From NCBI GenBank assembly GCA_964016885.1, contig OZ024742.1:300576001-300640000 (forward strand): a DNA stretch of 64,000 bases, written 5' to 3'. The number at the start of each line of letters is the position of its first letter. The first letter of the stretch is position 1. Both the position numbers and the translations under genes were made by a program. The notes beneath the pieces were generated by a model that worked only from the letters and a program-made list of their open reading frames with translations, was not told the origin of the DNA and did not search any database. This document shows, piece after piece, positions 27,223 to 41,562 of the stretch. Source of the DNA: Eledone cirrhosa. Its lineage: Eukaryota.

Positions 27223-30200
27223 ATGGAGACTAGAACGTCATGTGACAGACTCTCACCCAACAGGTGCCCCCTGGCTCAGCAGCAGGAACCTGACTGTCAA
27301 CCAAATACTGCTGATGTTGGAGGAAGGAGAAGAAGGAAAGGGGCCAGAACCAACTGGACGAAAGAATTGAATAGAACTGTTATGCAATGTTACCTGAAAA
27401 GTAACCCCAAGGAGAGGGGCTACAGGAGACGGATGCATAACATCTGGAACGAGATTGGTTTATTTAAATTAGATGAACAAAAATTGGCCGGGCAGGCTCG
27501 GGTAATAAGAACTAATGGATGGATAAGCGAGCTGGAACTGGAGGAACTGAGCAGAGAGAATGGCTTGGAGATGGCGGGTGTAGTATGCCAGACAAGCGAG
27601 CCAGTGGGAAATGAAGGTGAAGAGGTCCTGAGAACGGAGGAACCACCCGAAGCAGACAATGATCTGAATACTGAGATAAATAATACCTGGAACAGAGATA
27701 CGGCCACTGAGGAGATGAATGCTGACGGGCTAGGACAAGATTCGGTTGACATCCTAAATTTAGTGGTAGATGAATTGAACAATGATAGTGGGAGACCTAT
27801 GAACCTAAGATTTGTAGACAGGAAAAAGTTAAAAGAAACAACAGCTAAGGTAAACAAAGTCATCCCATACCTTGAGGCGAGGAGCCTTCACCAGTGCAAC
27901 AATATCCTCAAAGCAACAGCAAATACGGTGAGGAAACTACTTGGTATAAAAGCGAGAGGAAACAACAGACAAGAAAGAGCAGAGCCGTGGTGGAAGAAGC
28001 GACTGAGTGGGCAAATCGGGGAAATGAGAAATGACATAGGAAAGCTTGAGTCACTACTGAATGGGACACTAAAAAACATAGACACTAAAAATAGACTGGA
28101 AATAAAATACAAAACTAGGAGGAAAAAGCTAAATATTATCATAGAGGAACTGAAGCAACGCATTGTAGCAAAGAGTGCAAAAATCAGGCGATACGAGAAC
28201 AGAGTCAGTCAGTATAAACAGAACCGCATGTTCGACAACAACCAGAAGATGCTGTTTGGACAGCTTGAGGGGAAAGAAAGAGGCAACGACTTGATCCCTG
28301 GGACGGAGCAAACTAAAACATTCTGGAGAGGAATATGGGAGCAGGATGTTAGACACAATGCCCAGGCAGGGTGGATTGAGACAGTACAGAGGGAGATCGG
28401 TGAGCAGGCACAACAACAAACTGATTTGAGTATCACAGTTGAAACTCTTAAGGGGCAGGCCAAAAAACTAACCAACTGGAATTCACCAGGCCCAGATGGT
28501 GTGCAGGGGTATTGGATTAAACATTTAACATCCCTCCACCCGAAGCTGACGGCCATGTTCAATGACTGCTTGGTGTCGGGTGAGGTGCCAGAGTGGTTGA
28601 CAAAAGGTACCACAGTTCTGATAATGAAAGACCGAATCAAGGGTAATGATGTTACCAACTATAGACCTATCACATGTCTGTCCGTAATGTGGAAACTGTT
28701 GACGAGCATTGTGTCTGAGGAAATCTACCATCACCTCCACACAAACAACTTGTTACCGGACGAACAGAAAGGATGCCGAAAGAAGTCACGTGGTACAAAG
28801 GACCAGTTGCTTATTGATAAGATGGTAATGGGGAATTGCAGGAGGAGACACACTGATCTTGCCATGGGATGGATAGACTACAGAAAGGCATTTGACATGG
28901 TGCCTCATTCCTGGATCACCAAAAGTCTGGAGATCTTCAGGGTGGCAGATAACATCAGACAGTTGCTAGGCAGGAGTATGGGGTCCTAGGAGACAGAGTT
29001 GACATCAACTGGAGTATCCTTGGGAAGCGTGAAGATCAAGAGAGGTATCTTCCAGGGAGATAGCCTGTCCCCTCTGTTGTTTGTCCTTGCCCTGATGCCC
29101 TTGACCATTATGCTGCGAAAAGTGAGAGCAGGATACAAGTTGGGAAGGGGAGAGCTTACCATCAATCACCTCCTCTTCATGGACGATCTTAAGCTCTTCG
29201 GGAAAAGTGAGAAGGAGTTGGATGTGCTTGTTGACACTGTCCGTATTTTCAGCAGTGATATATGTATGCAGTTTGGTATTGGTAAATGTGGAGTCATTGT
29301 GATGAGGAGGGGTAGGTTGAGCAGAAGTAACGGGATCCAGATACCAACAGGTGAGATGATAAAGGAAATTGACTCTGAGGAAGGATACAAGTATTTGGGC
29401 GTTCTGGAGGCTGATGGCATAAAGAACAAAAAAATGAAGGAATTGTTAAGAACTGAATACATTCGGAGAGTAAGGAGCGTATTGAAGTCACATCTGAACA
29501 GCAGAAATGCCATAAGCGCAGTAAATTCCCGAGCTGTGTCTATTATTAGGTACAGTGCGGGAATTCTGAGATGGAATGTTGCTGAACAAAAAGAAATGGA
29601 TAGGAAGACTAGGAAGCTATTGACTATCTACAACATGTTCCACAAGAGGAGTGATGTCGATAGACTCTACCTAAGGAGATCTGAGGGTGGAAGAGGTCTT
29701 ATCAGCATAGAGGACTGTGTTCAGATGGAGAAAAACAACCTATACAAATACGTGACCTATAGTAAGGAGCCAATGCTCAGAACTGTACTGAAGGAGGGGA
29801 CAGTAGGCCAGGGGATGTCCAAGGAGGAAATAACATCAAGGAGGAAGAGCAGCCTTAAGGGAAAATCCCTTCATAGTACCTTCTTTAAGAAAACTGAATT
29901 TAGAGATCCACAGACATGGAACTGGTTGAGAAGAGGAGACCTAAAAAAGGCTACAGAAGGAATGCTAATGGCTGCGCAAGAGCAGGCCCTCAAAACGAAG
30001 TGGTTGAAGCACCATATCTACAAGGAGGAGGCTAGCCCACTGTGCAGGATCTGTGGAGAGAGAGAGGAGACTGTGGCTCACATTGTGTCCGAGTGTAAAC
30101 ACCTAGCCCAGACCCACTATAAGGGCTGGAGACACGATGTGATGGGCAGGGTGATCCACTGGCACCTATGCAAAGTAAACAATTTACCACATTCTGAGAA

Positions 30201-30615
30201 ATGGTATGAGCATAGGCCAGAGGCGGTGATGGAGAACAATCAGGTGAAGGTGCTGTGGGATTTTAGGATACAGACGGACAAAAAACTGGAACACAATAGA
30301 CCTGACCTGGTGGTTGTGGACAAAGAAAAAAGATCGTGTCTGATTGTGGATGTGGCCTGCCCGTTCGACACGAGAGTGCAAGAGAAGGAGAGGGAGAAAA
30401 TTAACCGATACCAGGACCTAAAGTGGGAGGTGAAAAGGATTTGGAACTGCCATGAAGTCAAAGTGATCCCGATTGTCATAGGCGCACTGGGGACTATCTC
30501 CAAAAGTTTCCAGGGATGGTTAAAGAAAATCGGCCCCTTCACGCTTTTTGGAACGCTTCAAAAGGCATGCTTGCTTGGAACAGCAAGAACCCTCCGATAC
30601 GTCCTGAATATCTGA
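27223..30615 (+). pseudogene. near-intact R4/Dong-like LINE ORF (RT + CCHC + RLE), ~1130 aa with one in-frame stop
   Basis: ORFs 27223-28989 and 28999-30615 share a frame and are split by a single TAG; motifs SPGPDG, NYRPITCL, DYRKAFD, GIFQGDSLSP, FMDD, CRIC..H..C, RHD, RPDLVVVD..DVACP; 3' UTR to 30690, then (AAT)n. Confidence 0.92.
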
Positions 30616-30698
30616 GGCTGCAGGTAGTGGCTTGATATTCAATCCAACGGACTTTCCAGTTAACCAACATCAATGACTGAGATTCAAGGAATAACAAC

Positions 30699-30783
<85 letters not shown>

Positions 30784-31739
30784 TAAGGGAAGAAGACGCA
30801 CGTGGTGGTAGAAGGTCATGAAATCGTTCCCGTAAGTTTTTGATTTTTAACATATTTAAATCAATTGTGAAATAACAATTCTTAGTACAAATGATGCATA
30901 AAGCACCGAATCAAGTCTCATAAAAATTCGGATCCATAATATATTGTTATATCGCTCAAATATTCAATTTTGTATTATACATTTTATATTCAAAAAAGAA
31001 AATGGTTATAAATGGAAGAAAACCCCTCTGTCTACACTATATAGAACAGCCAAATAACAGCAATTTCACCAACACCAGAAACTAGATACACCACCTACCC
31101 CCATCACCCCGCCGTGTACACTAAATACAACAGCCAGATAACGGCAATTTCACCACCACCACCACCACCACCACCAATCCCAGCATCATAATAATAATTA
31201 CTATTATTATTGTCTCAAGTTTTAACAAAATGTTTAATTCCAATATTAAGAGAATATGTCAACACATATATTAAACATACGCGACACAAACGCATAGATA
31301 CTACAGATCAAACAAAACTACAGTCTATTCAACAAAACTCAGTAGCGACAACGCCACCGCCGCCGCCACCACTCCATCCATCATTGCTACCACTATCCCA
31401 TCACCGCCGCCACCCCTCCTTCATTGCTACCACCACTATTCCCCATTACCTTCTGTTAACTTAAGAAAGGGGAAGGTGGCGGTATCACTAGACAAGGGAG
31501 AGGCTAGCAAAAGATATAAATAGATTGACTTGGTGACCCGGCCACCGGCCAAACGTCAACAACTATGGCACTGCTGGCTCCCCCCTTCCCCACCAACAAT
31601 ATAAAAAGCCCCAGCACCACCACCGACATAGCGAACAACAATAACAGGCAACTTCAGCAAAAAGTATATTATATTATTGTAATGCACTGGGTAATTGCTG
31701 GCCTTGTGTCTGGAGTGGAGACAAATTATTAATAATTTC

Positions 31740-34700
31740 ATTCTTAAGCCACGCAATGCTCACATTAAGGAACCACTCATGATAATAACAATTTAAAAAA
31801 ACAACAAAAAAGAAAACCCCGTGACCAAGAAATACCGGGATGGCGGCCGGCGGGGAATAGCCGTGTCTCTAGGGGAGAACGACCCCTCTAGTCTTGGTTG
31901 ACACTCGTTCTAGAAGTGGTAACACGAAATGATTACCCCTTGGCGGATAAGGATAAAACGCGACAAAATAAAGTAAATGTCTAATGATAAAATCTCATAC
32001 CGGATCGGCCGTCACCCGGGTAAAAAAGGGCCGCGTCCCTCAGAGAGGAACCAGACTGGGGTCAAAAATCAGCTAATGGTTCAAACCTTCCCATCACTTC
32101 GGAGCTGGAGACCTCCCATAACCGGAATACTCCTACTGTTGGCCCTCCATGCTCACCACCAAGAAATCCAAAGAAAAAGAGAGAAAAATGGTCAAAGGGA
32201 GATAATAAAGAAGTCCTTGAGGCTTTCTACACTGCCATGTACTACCCATCAAATACATCGAATACAGAACAGACATATATCAACTGGAAAAAGAAACATC
32301 CCGAAAACAGAGGCTATATTGACAGTAACAAACTAGCCAATATACGAAGAAATATTGTAAAAAAAAAGTTACTAACTGATATAGAAATTGATCAGATCAA
32401 GCTATTAGCACAAAGTCAGCGAAGGGAAAATGAAACATGTGTCAGTGAAAACGAGGTAAATTGTAACACTTCGAATCCCAGGGTTGGGGCGGAATCACTG
32501 ACAACAGAACAAATTAAAGAAAGGATCGAAAAAGTGGAGGAGTGCATGCTCAAGATGAAACTCCAAATGAAAACAATGAGATCGTAAATGATAAAGAAAT
32601 TAATGAGAATGAACTTGCCAACTTGAAGGATGAAATTATGATCGAATGGATGAAAATGAAAGAATCTGACATGGGGGGAACAAGACACCCTCCCTAAGAT
32701 CCAGAACTCCAAACAGAACCAAAAGATAATACACAAGACTAACATAATTATCAAAAACATTATCATCACAAACAAACTAAACATTACTGATTTAAATCAT
32801 CTCTATTATGCATCGGCGAAAGTTACCACTCACTTATGTGGAGTGAAGATGAAAAAACAAAGGAATTCGCACAAGAAATCTACTTGGCAAGAGAACATCA
32901 ATCGCCAAATAAACCTTCTCCGATCTGACATAGAAATTTAAAAAAACTATAAAGTAGGTGAACATGTTAAACAAACTAAACTTAGAAAATTGAAAAGAAA
33001 GTACAGTATAAAACCAACAAGTGACATAGGCATGCTGATAGAAATAATCAAGCAAAAAGTGTCGGCCAAAGCTGCTCGTATAAGGCGCTTTGAAAAACGA
33101 TCTAGATTCTATAAGGACAATAATATGTTCAAAACCAACCAAAGAAACTTCTACAGAAAAATTGGTAAGTCAACAATAACTGCTAAATCAATACCACCCA
33201 AAGAGGAAGTGCAAGAATTCTGGGAAAAGATCTGGGCCGAAGAATAAGTTCATAATATACATGCCCCATGGATAGACAGACAAATGAAAGATACAGCTCA
33301 CCTTGAGGAACAAATATGGGAAAATATAACAGTTGAACAGTTGCGTTTGGCTCTAAGAAAAACCAGCAAATGGAAATCCCCAGGAAAAGACAAAATACAA
33401 AATGTTTGGATAAATGCCTTCACAGAGTCTCATGAGCTGTTAGCCCAACTTTACAATGAAATAGTTAAGGAGCCAGAAAAGATACCATCATGGCTAGTTA
33501 ACGGCATTATATTCCTGCTTCCGAAGAATGATGAGACAAACAATCCCAAAAATTACAGACCGATAACTTGCTTGACCACAATGGATAACATTTTAACATC
33601 AGTCCTAACTGAATATACATATGACCACCTGATAACAAATGACCTATTTCCCATTGAGCAGAAAGGGTGTAAACGAGGCTCATATGGCTGTAAGGATCAG
33701 CTTTTGGTTAACAAAATGATACTGGAAGATTGTCATAATAGACACAAAAATCTATCGATTGCTTGGATAGATTATCAAAAAGCATTCGATAGTTTGCCAC
33801 ACAGTTGGATTGAAAAATGTTTAGAGATTTTCAAAATATCCCCCGTTGTCAGGAGGTTTTTGTCATTCAGTATGAAGACATGGAAAACGACACTCCTTTT
33901 GAATAGTGAAACAAAATCACTGGAAGCTGGAGAAGTTAATATTAATTGTGGAATTTTTCAGGGTGACTCTTTACACCGCTTTTATTCTGCATCGCACTTA
34001 TACCATTAAGTAAAATGCTCAATGAAACAAAACATGGATATAAAGTCTATGACAAAACCATTAATCACTTGTTCTACATGGATGACCTGAAACTATTTGC
34101 AAAAAATGATTAACAATTGCAAGGGCTATTATCCACTGTGGAGCAGTTCAGTGATGACATTAAAATGGAGTTTGGACTAGATAAATGCGCCAAAGCAACG
34201 TTCACCAGAGGAAAGCTGCTGAAAAGTTCAGACATTAATCTTGATCGAGGGAATGTGATAAGAGAACTTGATCAAGAGGAAACTTACAAATATCTAGGTG
34301 TTTGTGAAGGAGACGGAATCAAACACTCCACAATGAGGAAGGAATGTTACCGCAGAGTAAGAGCAATCTTAAGAACGGAATTGAATGCAAGGAATAGGAT
34401 CGATGCCATAAACACGCTTGCCATACCAGTAGTAACCTACAGTTACAATGTCATCAACTGGTCAAGCACAGAGATCCGTAGGCTCGATACAAAACTTCGA
34501 AAATTCTTAACCATGCACAGAATGCATCACCCTAAGGCAGATACAGATAGAATATATCTCCCTAGGAAAGAAGGAGGACGTGGGTTAATCCAGTTAGACA
34601 TTGCGTTGAAAACTGCAACAATTGGATTATCTACATATCTAAGGGAATCACATGATTGGATGATCAAACTCGTTTTGAAACACGAAAGTATCAAAAGATC

Positions 34701-35757
34701 ATACTCCATTACAAAAGATGCACAAAGATACAGTAATGGACTACACCTTTCAGAAGTCCCATTTACTGCTGAAATGGAAAACACAGAAAAAGCAAAGCAG
34801 GTAAAAGTAACTGCAAAGAAAGAACTGCTACAGAAACTGGCTAAGAAATGGCAAGAAAAGCCTCTGTATGGAAAATACCCAGAACGAGCTAACAATCCTG
34901 ATGTTGACAAAACTTTAACCCATCAGTGGTTGGCATCCTCTGGACTGAAATCGGAGACTGAAGGACTGATTATATCAGCACAAGATCAGTGTCTGCCAAC
35001 AAAAAATTACCAAGCCAACATAATAAAAAATGGATGCAGCCCATTATGCCGTGTATGTAAAAAACAACCAGAGACCATTGACCATATAATTTCAATGTGC
35101 AGTCCTATAGCTCCAACCGAATACCTAAACAGGCATGACAGAGCTGCACAATACATACATTGGATAATGTGTAAGCATTTTGACCTGCCCCATCAAAAGA
35201 ATTGGTGGGAGCATCAACCACCTCCAATACTTGAAAAAGATCACATCTCAATCTTGTGGAACTTTAGCATCCAAACAGACCGAAAAATAGATGCAAATAG
35301 ACCTGATATAATATTGAAGGACTTTAAAAAGAGGGTATGCCTGCTAATTGATATTTCCGTTCCAATAGACAAGAATGTATCTATAAAAACATTTGAAAAA
35401 TTGAGCAAGTATAAGGACCTGGAGATAGAAATTGGAAAAATGTGGAAATTGAGAACTAAAACAATACCAGTGGTTGTAGGCGCTCTAGGAATGATACCTA
35501 AGGGATCTAATGATTACTTATCGCAAATCCCAGGAAACCCGCGTATAGGAGAAATACAAAAGATAGTACTAATGGGAACTGCCCATATACTAAGGAAGAT
35601 TCTGTCAATATAAGTATATCACAAGTCTAAACACTAAAGATGCATGTGTGAGTATGTATGTTCTTTCTTGAACATGGCGGACCTTGTTGTCTCTTGAGGT
35701 CACTGGTTGTGACTTGGTGATAACTCGTATGAACATAAAGCAAGATAAATGCAGCTG
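31740..35757 (+). mobile_element. second full-length R4/Dong-like LINE family, frameshifted
   Basis: ORF pieces 31977-35613 contain NYRPITCL, DYQKAFD, GIFQGDS, YMDD, CRVC..H..C, RHD, RPDIILKD..IDISVP; ends in (AAT)n; 5' boundary approximate. Confidence 0.9.
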
Positions 35758-35782
35758 TAATAATAATAATAATAATAATAAT

Positions 35783-38700
35783 GATTTCATTTATTGGCCA
35801 CAAGGGCCGACATATACGGGACAATACAAAAGACTGGGACAGTGAGGTATTACAGAAAAATCGAGTAAACAATATAAATAACAATAACAAAGTAACAATA
35901 CCAAAGTAACAATAAAGTAACAAGAAAATTACAACAAGAAAAAATTCCCCAATAGGGGGGATGGCCACCCAGGGTTCGCTCAGGTACCCCACCAATCCTG
36001 AACGACCCGACGCTTCGAAAGCACCCTGGAAGGGCACCCCCTCTCCTCCTCAAATTTACCTACCTACAGCCGCATGACCAGAGTAGGCCCACTCACACGG
36101 GCTATTCTCGCCACATTCACCCACCTTTCAGAAAATGTACTGGGGGGCAGCACTTCTCTCTCCACCCTCACCTTCCTTTCCAAGTGAAACTTGAAACAGT
36201 TGATGAGGGATTGGCCGAAGAGAAAAGTGTCTGTCTTCAGTCCTTTCAACCTCGTCCACCATACAACCTCTTTCGCTACTGCCACCAGACAGAGGAAAAT
36301 TGCCTGCCCTTCCTGGCCAAAAGAAGGCGGCAGGTCGATCTTCACTATGGACTCGGCCGATAGCCGGATCCGTTCTACACGCGACGACAGCTGTTCAACA
36401 TAACTCCACAAGTCAGTAATGCACGGGCACTGGACGAATGCGTGCAGGTCCGTCTGACAGCACTTCCGTGCCTGTAGAGTTTATCTCGAACCGGCAGTGC
36501 CTCCCGGTAACACTGCCAAGCGAGGAATTTTGGGAAACTATCCATCGTCCCCGGCTCGAAAGTCCTCCGGTACAGACTGGTTAGTTCGACTTCGTTGACT
36601 CCCAGAGCCTCTCCGAGTGCATCGTCGCACTTGCCCACCACTAATCCTCTATAGAACTCGAGAGTGGAAGTTCCACTGACCGCATTGCCCGCCTGGTAGA
36701 GGGCAGTGAGTGCCTGGCAACATTCCAGATGCCAGTCACCCAGTCTCGGTCTCTTCTTGACCCAGGACTGCAGCTCAGTCAAAGAAACGAGCTGCGGAAA
36801 GGCCCGTCTGACAAACGGCGACCACACCTGTTCACCGTTTAGTCAGAATATCTGAAGATGCCGCAGCCTCAGCGCGTGCCTGTACATCATTAGCCACGGC
36901 ATGCCCAGCCCTCCACGTAGAGGATGCTGACAGTAGATGGACCGCCTCACCAGCGGAACCTGACCCCTCCACAAGAATTTGAAGAGGAGCCGCTCCAAGA
37001 TGGCGAAGCGCGAACGGGGGCAAGGGACGACGGTCAGACGGTAGTAGATGACGGACGCGATGTACGCGTTCGCCACCTCCGCCCGACCTTTCAGTGATAG
37101 CTTCATCCCAGCCCGTTTCTGGGTGAGACTGGCTACCCTGCCCGTCACCTCGTCCCAATTCTTATCCACCTGGAGGTCTGGCCCGAACCAAACCCCTAGC
37201 AACTTTACCGGTCCGTCCGTCCAGCGCCTAACGACGCTGTTGGACGGCATGGACTTGCCTCTCCAGGTGCCGAGTTGCAAGCCCACCGACTTTTCCGGGT
37301 TAAGTTTTGCTCCAGTCAACCTTTCATATTCCTCCAATAAGTTGCCGACTACCTCGATTTCTGAGGTGTCAGATACCATCACGGTGATGTCGTCCGCATA
37401 AGCCGACACAGCCTTTCCGCGTCCCAGTTCGAGCGGGATGCCCTGCAACAGCTCCTGCTTCCGCAGTAAAGGCTCGAGAGTCAATACGTACAGAAGGGAG
37501 TAGAGAGGGCACCCTTGACGGACCGATCGGGAGACCTGAAACGGTTCCGAGAGGTGGCAATTAATTTTGACCATCGAGCAGGTGCCGCTGTCCATTGCAG
37601 CGATCCAGCTTCTGAAGACGGGGCCGAAGCCAGCCGCCTTGAGGACAGCCTCCAGGTACCGATGGTCGACCCTATCGAATGCTTTCGATTGATCTAAATT
37701 GATCAGAGCCCCACCGAAGCCAGGTTTACACCCTACCCTCTCTATGATGTATCGCATTAGGTGGAGGTTGTCGTGTATGGACCTGGCTGGGATTGCGCAA
37801 GTTTGCGCCTCCCCAACCAAATCCCCGACGACAAGCACCAACCTCTTCGCTAACACCCTGGCTAAAATCTTAATATCTGTGTTGAGCAGAGTTATGGGCC
37901 TGAAATTGTCTAATATATCCCTCTTGTTCTCGTCTTTCCTTATCAGCGTCACTACGCCCCGGCTCACAGAACTGGGAATACTCCCGTTTTGATGCCAGTT
38001 GCAGTAGAGGGCTTCGAGGAGATTGGAAAACAAGTCTGGCATATTTACTTAAAGCTCGTAGGGCAGACCATCCAAACAGGGTGACTTGCGCCTCATGCAG
38101 CCGACAAGGGCATCCTGAATCTCGGCTGAAGTAATTGGCCTTTCGAAGCGCCCAGCGTCAGCCGTCGAGAGTTGCGGCAAGCCATCGAGGTAAGGACTGG
38201 AGCCCGCCATCGTCTCTGACCCGCCACTTCCCCCGAACAACCGAGCAAAATGTTGGCAAAAGGCCTCACACATCCGCTTGGAATCGTTCAGCTCGTGTCC
38301 GTCTCGGTCCGTCAAAGACCGAATCGTATTTTTATTACCACGCTGCGCTTCTGCCACGCGGGCCCATCGAACAGCTTTGGTTCCCTCGTTTCTCAGAGCA
38401 CGCGCCTTAGCTCAGACAATGCAACCTTCCCGTTTCGCATTGAAGAAATGATCTAATGCCATTCTCGCCGCTAGCACGTCAGTTGCAATGCCACTACCAA
38501 TAGCCTCGTCTCACTTATCTACCTTCTCCCCCTCCTTTCTATTTTTCTCTAACGCTACTTCTTTGCTAAACTCTATCGACATTACTCTAATCTCTCTTTT
38601 GAGAGCCCCCACCATCTATTGTTGACGACTCCCCCTGTCAACTTTTTCTTAACTAAATTGTTGACCTGGTCCCTGTAAGCCTTACGTGCCGGAAATGACA

Positions 38701-41526
38701 TGTTTAACTTCCAGCAACCAGGTCCTAACCTACGCGTCTTATCTAGGTCGACCATACAGATCACAAACTTGTGATCTGAATAGGCGACCGTTTCAAAACG
38801 TGGACAGCTTACACTATTTCTGTCTATTTTCCTAATGAATATCCTGTCTATATACGATCTAGATGACCCTATGCGGTTAGCCAAGGTCCACACTGGCGCA
38901 TTAGGGAAATCTAGTCGGTACTTGTCAGACAGTTGGAACTGACTGATCAGGTTCTTGAGGCTTTTGCACCCCCCGCTCCTATCGGATACTCCCACACAGT
39001 CCCAGCGTGCGTCTAAGATGCTGTTACAGTCCCCCGCTAACAGTAAAGGGCGAGACGTGCCCAGAAAGGCTTCCAGGCGTCTAAAGAAGTCTGGCCGTCC
39101 TGCCCCAGTAGGAGCATAGACGGCCACCAGTCTAAAGGCACCACCTTCGTTATTGTTCACGCCCAGGACCACCAACTTCCCGTCGGGGTCCCGGAAGATC
39201 GACCTTACCTCGAGATCCAGGCCTTTCCTAAACAGCACTGCCACCCCGCCTCCCATTCCCGACCGGCTAACAGATGCAAAGATCTGATAGTTGTCGAAAA
39301 TGGAGGTTAGTGCGCGCGTGTCGAAAATCCTGGTCTCGCTGACGGCAATTACATCCATTTCTAGAGACCTGAGGTCGTTGAGCAGGTGACCCTGCTTCCA
39401 GAACGATCCCAGGCCTCGAACATTTAAACATCCTACTCTTAATACGGCCATGTTGGCAGGTTAAAAAGAGAGAGAGGAAAGGTTTACTTACCTTCCGGGC
39501 TCTTGTGAAGGTCGGGTTGTTCGACCTCCATAGTTGGTGGGGTTTCTTTTGGGAACCCCTTTAAAAGTCCCGAAGAAAGCTGACTCGTATTTCTTTGTAT
39601 AAATCGATCGACATTCGCACCAGAACCAAATCTTCCGGCACGCGAAATGTGCTCGATTTAAAAAGTTCCCCCTCTTTTTGTATATTTTCACTTCGTGCTA
39701 CGAGGGCCATCAGTTCCTTGTTGGCCCTCCTGACGAGCACGAAGTTTTGTATGTTTTGTTGGTGTGATTTTATTTGTTTGCGTGGCTGTGGTGGTGATGG
39801 TTTTGGTGGTGTTGTTTCGGTTGTGTCTGTGTTTGTTGTGAGTGCGGTGTCTGTGGTTTCAGATGTTTGTGTGTATATTTGTTCTTGCGTCTGTTTAGGT
39901 TATTTACGTTTGGAGGCTTCTGGTGATGGTGATGGTGGTGTTGATGTTGGTGTCATTGGAGAGATGTTTGCGTGGGTGGTGTCTGCGTTTTTTATTGTGG
40001 GTGATTTTGTGCTTGAGTTTTTTTTTTTCTTTTTGTGTTTCCTTTTTTGTATTTTGGGGCACTTTGGTTTTCCCTCATCTTCACTACTGGTAGATGAGGG
40101 GTCTGTGTCTGTAAGTGTATCTGTATGTATGTTTATGGTTTTATTGGTGTGTATTTTTGGGGGGAGGGGGAATTTGACAGCTTTCCTCGTTTCCCCTCTG
40201 GGTGGTCAATGTTGGTGGTGGTCTTTCTATTGGTGTTGTTGTTGGTGGTTTTGCCGGTGCTGGTGTTGGTTGTGGTCTTCGCCCCGGCGTCGGCAGCAGT
40301 GGAGCCTTTCGACCCCTTGCCTCTTTCAGCAGTTGAGGGCAAGGGCTCGCAAATAGGTTTTTTCCCCACAAACAAAACACTGCGGCCTTTTGCCTTCGGT
40401 CATAATGTGAATGGCCGTCCCATTCTGAAGGCGGATGTAGTCCGGGATTGTCTTCACATTCTCGGGCCTTATCTGGAGAAGGATCTCCAGGTCAACCCCG
40501 GACCAGTCCTCTCTGGCCGTTCTGGTCACTTCTATAGAGACGGTATCCTTCCCCTCCACAATCACACATCCCAGAAGCCACCACATGTCAAGTCCTGGTG
40601 GGATTCTGGGAATGCGGAGACGGGCCGTTCTTTTTCCCATGTGGGAGGAGTACATTATGACCTTGCTGGTTTTGCAAGGAGTCATAGCGTGTATTCGGTG
40701 TCTTCTCTGAACCTCAGCGCGACTTCGACATCTTCTTGTGGGATTAAAGCTGCCTTTTTGGTTTGTGCTGAGATGCATCTATAATGCACCGTTCTGCGCT
40801 CCACTGCCTCAATAGCTTCTACCGGGACAGTTAAGTTGGCCCAAGTTTGGTCTTGCTTGATGAGCTTCCATGCCTGGGCTAACTTTTCATCTTTGTTTGA
40901 GAGGTCCATGTTGAAGCATGGCCTCTTTTTTGCTGCTGCCGCAGCGAAAGTGTTCTTCTTGTTTTCGTTGGGGGTGTTGTTGTCGTTGTCGTTGTTCTTG
41001 TTGGTGTTGTTGTTATCACTGTCGCTGTTATCATTGTTGTCTTTGTTGCCACCGTTATTCTCGGTGCAGTTGGTATTGCTGCTGTTGGTGTTGTCGCTAT
41101 TTGTTTTCATGTTAGTGGTGTTGATATTGTTGTTGCATTTGTTTTTGTTTTTTTTGTTATCTGTATTTTCGTTGTCGTTGTTACTGTCATTTTTTTCAAA
41201 ATTAGAGTTCTCATTGGTATAATTGGTATCTTTGTTTACCTTGTTTGTGGTGGTGTTTGTGTTATCAATTTGTGTTAATTTATGTTATCAATTTGTGTTA
41301 ATCGCTGGGGGGGCTCAGCGATGTTTTTTTTTTCTCCGTAAATTTTTTAACGTGTAAAAAAAAGTTCAAGTATTTGGGCCAAAAGGCCCAAATATTATAC
41401 TTTCCCCTTCACAGGGCAAAGTCTAGGGGCTTATATCCCTTACACAAGAAATATTTAAAAACGAATAATTTTAACAGACAAATAAAGCGACTTACTGGGA
41501 GCGAGCAAAATACGTCCGATTAGACC
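35783..41526 (-). mobile_element. full-length Tx1/L1-like LINE, subfamily B (ORF1 ~41220-39490; ORF2 39451-36064, frameshifted)
   Basis: APE (LNVRGL, SETR, VYAP, YIDRIF, SDH), RT (RQGCPL, AYADD), and ORF1 with CFVCGE knuckle; both ends abut (AAT)n. Confidence 0.92.
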
Positions 41527-41562
<36 letters not shown>

